Assembly: GCA_963809195.1 (NCBI GenBank)
Contig: CAWEIQ010000007.1
Location: 19,209-83,208, forward strand
Direction of reading: 5' to 3'
DNA: 64,000 nucleotides
DNA from: an uncultured Actinomycetota bacterium
GTDB lineage: Bacteria; Actinomycetota; Actinomycetes; Streptosporangiales; Streptosporangiaceae
Part shown: positions 60,251-64,000 of the stretch, in pieces
How the letters are laid out: every line of letters begins with the position of its first letter
Position numbering within the stretch: the first letter of the stretch is position 1
Translations under genes and position numbers: made by a program
Notes under the pieces: generated by a model
Seen by the model: the letters and a program-made list of their open reading frames with translations, nothing else
Told to the model about the DNA's origin: nothing
Databases searched by the model: none

Positions 60251-61309
60251 ATGCCGAGCGTCCCGACGGCTGGGTCGGTCCGGTTGCCGGTCGGGATTTC
60301 TGCCGTGCTCGGCGTCCTCTCGTCGTCGGCCGTGGTCATCAGCAGCGACGACCGGGTGCTGCAGGCCAGCGAGGCGGCGCGCTCCTTCGGCCTGGTCGAA
60401 GGGGAAGACCTCGTCGTAGGAGAACTACTCGCACTCGCCCGTCAGGTCCGCAGGGACGGTGAGATCCGCGAGGGTGAGATCGACGTCACGACCGGGGCGC
60501 TGAACGAAAGGACGACGAGCTACGCGGTCAGGGTGGCGCCGCTCGGGCCCGACGTCGGCGGTGGCGGGCTGGTACTGCTGCTGGTCGAGGACCAAACCGA
60601 GCGCCGGCGGGTCGAGGAAGTCCGCAGGGACTTCGTGGCCAACACCAGCCACGAGCTGAAGACACCGGTCGGCGCGCTGGCGCTGCTCGCGGAGACGGTC
60701 GAGGATGCGGCCGATGATCCCGAGGCGGTCAGGCGGTTCGCTGGCCGGATGCGGCAGGAAGCGAACAGGCTGACCAATCTGGTTCAGGACATGATCACGT
60801 TGTCGCGGATCCAGGCGGCCGAGCCGATTCCCGATCCGTTGTCCGTTGATCTTGACGCGGTCGTCGCCGAGGCGCTCGATCGCGGCCGGATGAAGGCGAC
60901 ATCCCGCGGCATCGAGCTCGCCTCAACCGGCACCAGGCGGCTGTCGGTGCTGGGTGATGAGGAACTGCTGATCACGGCGCTGCGCAATCTGCTCGACAAC
61001 GCGGTCGCCTACAGCCCTGAGAAGACCAAGGTCGTCGTGTCGACCCGGCTGGACGGCAAGTACATCGTCGAGCTGAGCGTCAGCGATCAGGGAATTGGCA
61101 TTCCGGAGCGGGACCTCGAGCGGATCTTCGAGCGCTTCTACCGCGTCGACCCGGCCAGGTCCCGGGTGACCGGAGGCACTGGCCTCGGGCTTGCGATCGT
61201 GAAGCACGTGACTGCCGCTCATGGCGGAAAAGTAACCGTAACAAGCAAGGAAGGTGCCGGATCAACCTTTACATTGCGACTGCCGGTAAGGCCTGGAGCG
61301 CGATCATGA
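60251..61309 (+). CDS. senX3: SenX3-type sensor histidine kinase; N-terminal membrane anchor not found in frame
   Basis: PAS-like region, H-box FVANTSHELKTPVGAL, and HATPase (NLLDNAVAYSP, DQGIGIP, GGTGLGLAIVKH). An in-frame TAG sits directly upstream of the ATG. Confidence 0.8.
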   Translation: MPSVPTAGSVRLPVGISAVLGVLSSSAVVISSDDRVLQASEAARSFGLVEGEDLVVGELLALARQVRRDGEIREGEIDVTTGALNERTTSYAVRVAPLGPDVGGGGLVLLLVEDQTERRRVEEVRRDFVANTSHELKTPVGALALLAETVEDAADDPEAVRRFAGRMRQEANRLTNLVQDMITLSRIQAAEPIPDPLSVDLDAVVAEALDRGRMKATSRGIELASTGTRRLSVLGDEELLITALRNLLDNAVAYSPEKTKVVVSTRLDGKYIVELSVSDQGIGIPERDLERIFERFYRVDPARSRVTGGTGLGLAIVKHVTAAHGGKVTVTSKEGAGSTFTLRLPVRPGARS

Positions 61310-61463
61310 CCTGCGGCCCGGCGATGGCCTGGTCCTGCACAGACGGACGTGAGCGGCCGCGCGGCGGTTTGCCCGACGCGCGCGATCTGGAGAACCGTGA
61401 GCGGCCGCGCGGCGGGTTGGCCGACGCGCGCGATCTGGAGAGTATGGCCAAGGAGGCAGTCAA

Positions 61464-61467
<4 letters not shown>
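61306..61467 (+). CDS. Repeat-encoded mini-ORF (53 aa), stop/start coupled to senX3 and regX3
   Basis: ATG 61306 overlaps the senX3 TGA (ATGA). TGA 61465-61467 overlaps the regX3 GTG (GTGA). I read no internal stop. The peptide contains RERPRGGL(P/A)DARDLE(N/S) twice. Confidence 0.3.
61349..61444 (+). repeat. 2 x 48-bp tandem repeat in the senX3-regX3 spacer (MIRU-like)
   Basis: gtgagcggccgcgcggcggtttgcccgacgcgcgcgatctggagaacc followed by gtgagcggccgcgcggcgggttggccgacgcgcgcgatctggagagta. The period is a multiple of 3. Confidence 0.85.
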
Positions 61468-62146
<679 letters not shown>

Positions 62147-62150
<4 letters not shown>

Positions 62151-62781
62151 GTTGGCCCTGCCGGTTTCGTCAGGGCGAACCGGACGGTGACGGTGACGGC
62201 GTGAGCGATCCGTGGCTTGCCCGTCGCCGACGGGCTGGGGCTTGGCGAGATCGTCGGCGGCGGCGAGAAGGTCGCGTAGTTCGAGACCATCGGCATCACC
62301 GGCACAGACAGCCCGATCGTCCCGGCTCTGGCGAAGACCAGGTACAGCTTGACCACCGAGCCGCCGGCGAAGCGGCCTGAGCAGATGCTGGAGCACGATC
62401 GTCGGAGCCGGGCCGGTCAGCAGGACCCTGGACTGGTAGCGCAGCGGGATTCCGCGACCGGGCAGCACGCACCTTTTGCGCGATGCCGGGCGCCTTGACC
62501 GCGAGTAGCCGGTCCGGGGTGCCGATGTTCACCAGGCCGAGGAAGAACCCTGCGCTCTGGCCCCGCCTGAGCACGTGGCCGATCGGCGGGCCGAGCACGA
62601 ACGCGTTGCTGATCGTGAGGTTCTTGCCGACCAGCTGGTGGGTCCCGTCGGTGGGCTGATGCCACTGCAGGACGGGCGCGTTGGTACCGGCCTCACAGCC
62701 GGCGATGATCGGGCCCAGCGCGACCGCGGCCACGATCAGAATGCTGCGCGGCACGATCCCGCGGCGGCTGCTGCGGATCAC
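62147..62781 (-). pseudogene. Putative secreted lipoprotein, 2 frameshifts
   Basis: Signal/lipobox ILIVAAVALGPIIAGCEAG is in ORF 62296..62781. The protein continues in the frames of ORF 61269..62468 and ORF 62147..62356. I do not recognise the family with confidence. Confidence 0.5.
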
Positions 62782-63045
62782 CGAGCCTCCTCGTCAACTC
62801 CCCGGTGCGCGCTGGCTGGCAGGCGGGCATGCCGGTTAGTCGTGTCTACGAAATGGCTGGCGGCTACGCCAGACCTCGCACAGCGTAACGGCGCGGACCC
62901 AGCGGGCCGCAGCCGGCCCGCGGAAATCGGGCACGCGCGATCTGATGCCGAGAAGGTCAGTGAGCTTGGCTGCAGCGCCTTCAGGGTCCCCGCGAGATGG
63001 AAGTCGGGGGCTAGCGCGCGGGCGGGCCTGACGTTGCGCTGCCAG

Positions 63046-63740
63046 TCAACGAGGACGACGGTCAGGTGCCTTGGAAGCGTAGGCGCTGAGCACGTTGTCC
63101 GCGTCGATCGCGACGTGGGCTTTCTGAGCGCCAGCGGCGAGCCGCTTGAGCTCGTTCTTGCTGCCGCGCTCGCCGACCAGGTAGACGGTGACGCCGGCGG
63201 CCGCGGCCTGAGTGACCAGCCGTCGGATCGTGCGCGCGCAGCCGCAGTTGGCCGGGATGATCGCCAGCGCCGCGGTGGTGACTTTGCTCAGGTCGAAGCC
63301 CTTGCCAGTCGACGTTGATCGTGGCCTCCTGGCAGGTGCGCGGCGCCGTGGCGCTTGGACCGCCCGAGGAGTTCCTGCTGGCCGACGGAGCGGCCGGCGA
63401 AGCGCTCGCGCTGTTGCCTCCGGCCTGGCCGGTGTTCGGCACTCGTGGTCCATCTTGCTTGATCGGAAAGTCCGGAGAAGTGCGGGTTCGCGCTGAACAT
63501 GGTCAGCACCATCCCGGCGACCATGGCGAGCACGAGGCACCCCGCGATCAGCGGCACGATCATGCCGCTGCGGCGCAGTGGTGCGCGCCACCGAAGGCTG
63601 CGCTCGTGGCGACGCAGGGCGCGCAGCTCGCGATGATAGGCCTGGACGTCGCGGTCTAGCTCGCGAGCGTCATCGGGGATCTGGATGTCAACTCGTGGCA
63701 GGCCGTAATCGTCGTGTGCCGGTTCACCGCCTTGGTTCAC
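63046..63740 (-). pseudogene. Hypothetical single-pass membrane protein with an extracytoplasmic Cys-containing domain, 2 frameshifts
   Basis: The N-terminus and TM (MIVPLIAGCLVLAMVAGMVL) are in ORF 63288..63740, a low-complexity linker in ORF 63062..63442, and the C-terminal domain (AIIPANCGCARTIRRL...VTVYLVGERG) in ORF 63046..63591. Confidence 0.45.
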
Positions 63741-64000
63741 GCGTCGCTCCGGGAATCGCTCACAGGCTTCTTCCTTCAGTATGAGCCTGGCGACCGGCCG
63801 GCGTAACCACGGACCGGCAGTTGCTTCTCAGCTCGATCGGGTGGAGGCGATATGCAGGGGCTGCGGGGCGAGGCCTGGTCGCTTATGGCGGTCAGAGTGT
63901 GGCTAGGCGGTAAACTGGGTGCTACCCGCGAGGCGGCATTCATGGCGCTTGAGCGCGCGCAGACGTGGCCCGAGATTCCCGGTTAGCCGGGCCGAGGGTC

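Noticed and set aside
59989-60339. 116-aa minus-strand ORF in the gpmA-senX3 gap
   Set aside because: It is antisense to the senX3 5' region, has no motif or ribosome-binding site, and its composition is typical of spurious GC-rich ORFs.
61349-61444. Possible CRISPR array (tandem repeats here and at 10450-10546)
   Set aside because: There are only two directly abutting units per locus, with no unique spacers between them, and no cas genes in the window. The repeats behave as MIRU-like tandem repeats.

Overview
High-GC (roughly 70%) Actinomycetota chromosomal segment with core-genome synteny to Mycobacterium and Streptomyces. Gene order, left to right: ComF-like PRTase, nth, Nudix, marP, DUF309, epoxide-hydrolase-like, holin-X; HAD hydrolase with a divergent 6C sRNA; MrfA-type helicase, bldG-like STAS, anti-sigma kinase, hppA; sixA-like, ABC ATPase, TauE, HD; a signalling/transport block (NarL regulator, 3 paralogous membrane histidine kinases, MacB-type ABC ATPase, 2 FtsX permeases, REC-HTH-adenylate cyclase, a cNMP-binding/MBL/FAD-oxidoreductase operon, FHA/PrsW, diiron oxygenase); an OmpR regulator, kinase and GerMN lipoprotein triad; MarR with an MFS remnant; CDF; OB-fold; APC permease; a Mg2+ block (PRC-MgtE_N-CBS protein, Nramp-related transporter, M-box riboswitch, second Nramp-related transporter); DUF4126, PPOX, MATE, CoA-transferase, ApbE; ybjN, mshA, gpmA, senX3, regX3. 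I saw no transposase, integrase, CRISPR array, rRNA or tRNA. About half of the roughly 60 genes cannot be read in one frame. About 30 of roughly 35 shifts I could resolve behave as single-base insertions. The breaks concentrate in sensor and transporter genes, while hppA, marP, mshA, gpmA, regX3, both Nramp-like genes and the cAMP-module genes are intact. From sequence alone this could be real gene decay or consensus indel error. Three larger lesions argue that at least some decay is real: a 14-bp tandem duplication splitting FHA-PrsW, an MFS gene with an internal deletion, and a 3'-truncated FtsX gene. Most interesting items: (1) a clear M-box in front of an Nramp homologue with a Mg-type (non-DPGN/MPH) metal site, and a second copy paired with a soluble MgtE-type cytosolic sensor protein; (2) a MIRU-like 48-bp tandem repeat with a stop/start-coupled mini-ORF in the senX3-regX3 spacer, with related copies upstream of hppA; (3) the pattern of the frameshifts; (4) a local cAMP synthesis/receptor/hydrolase gene set.
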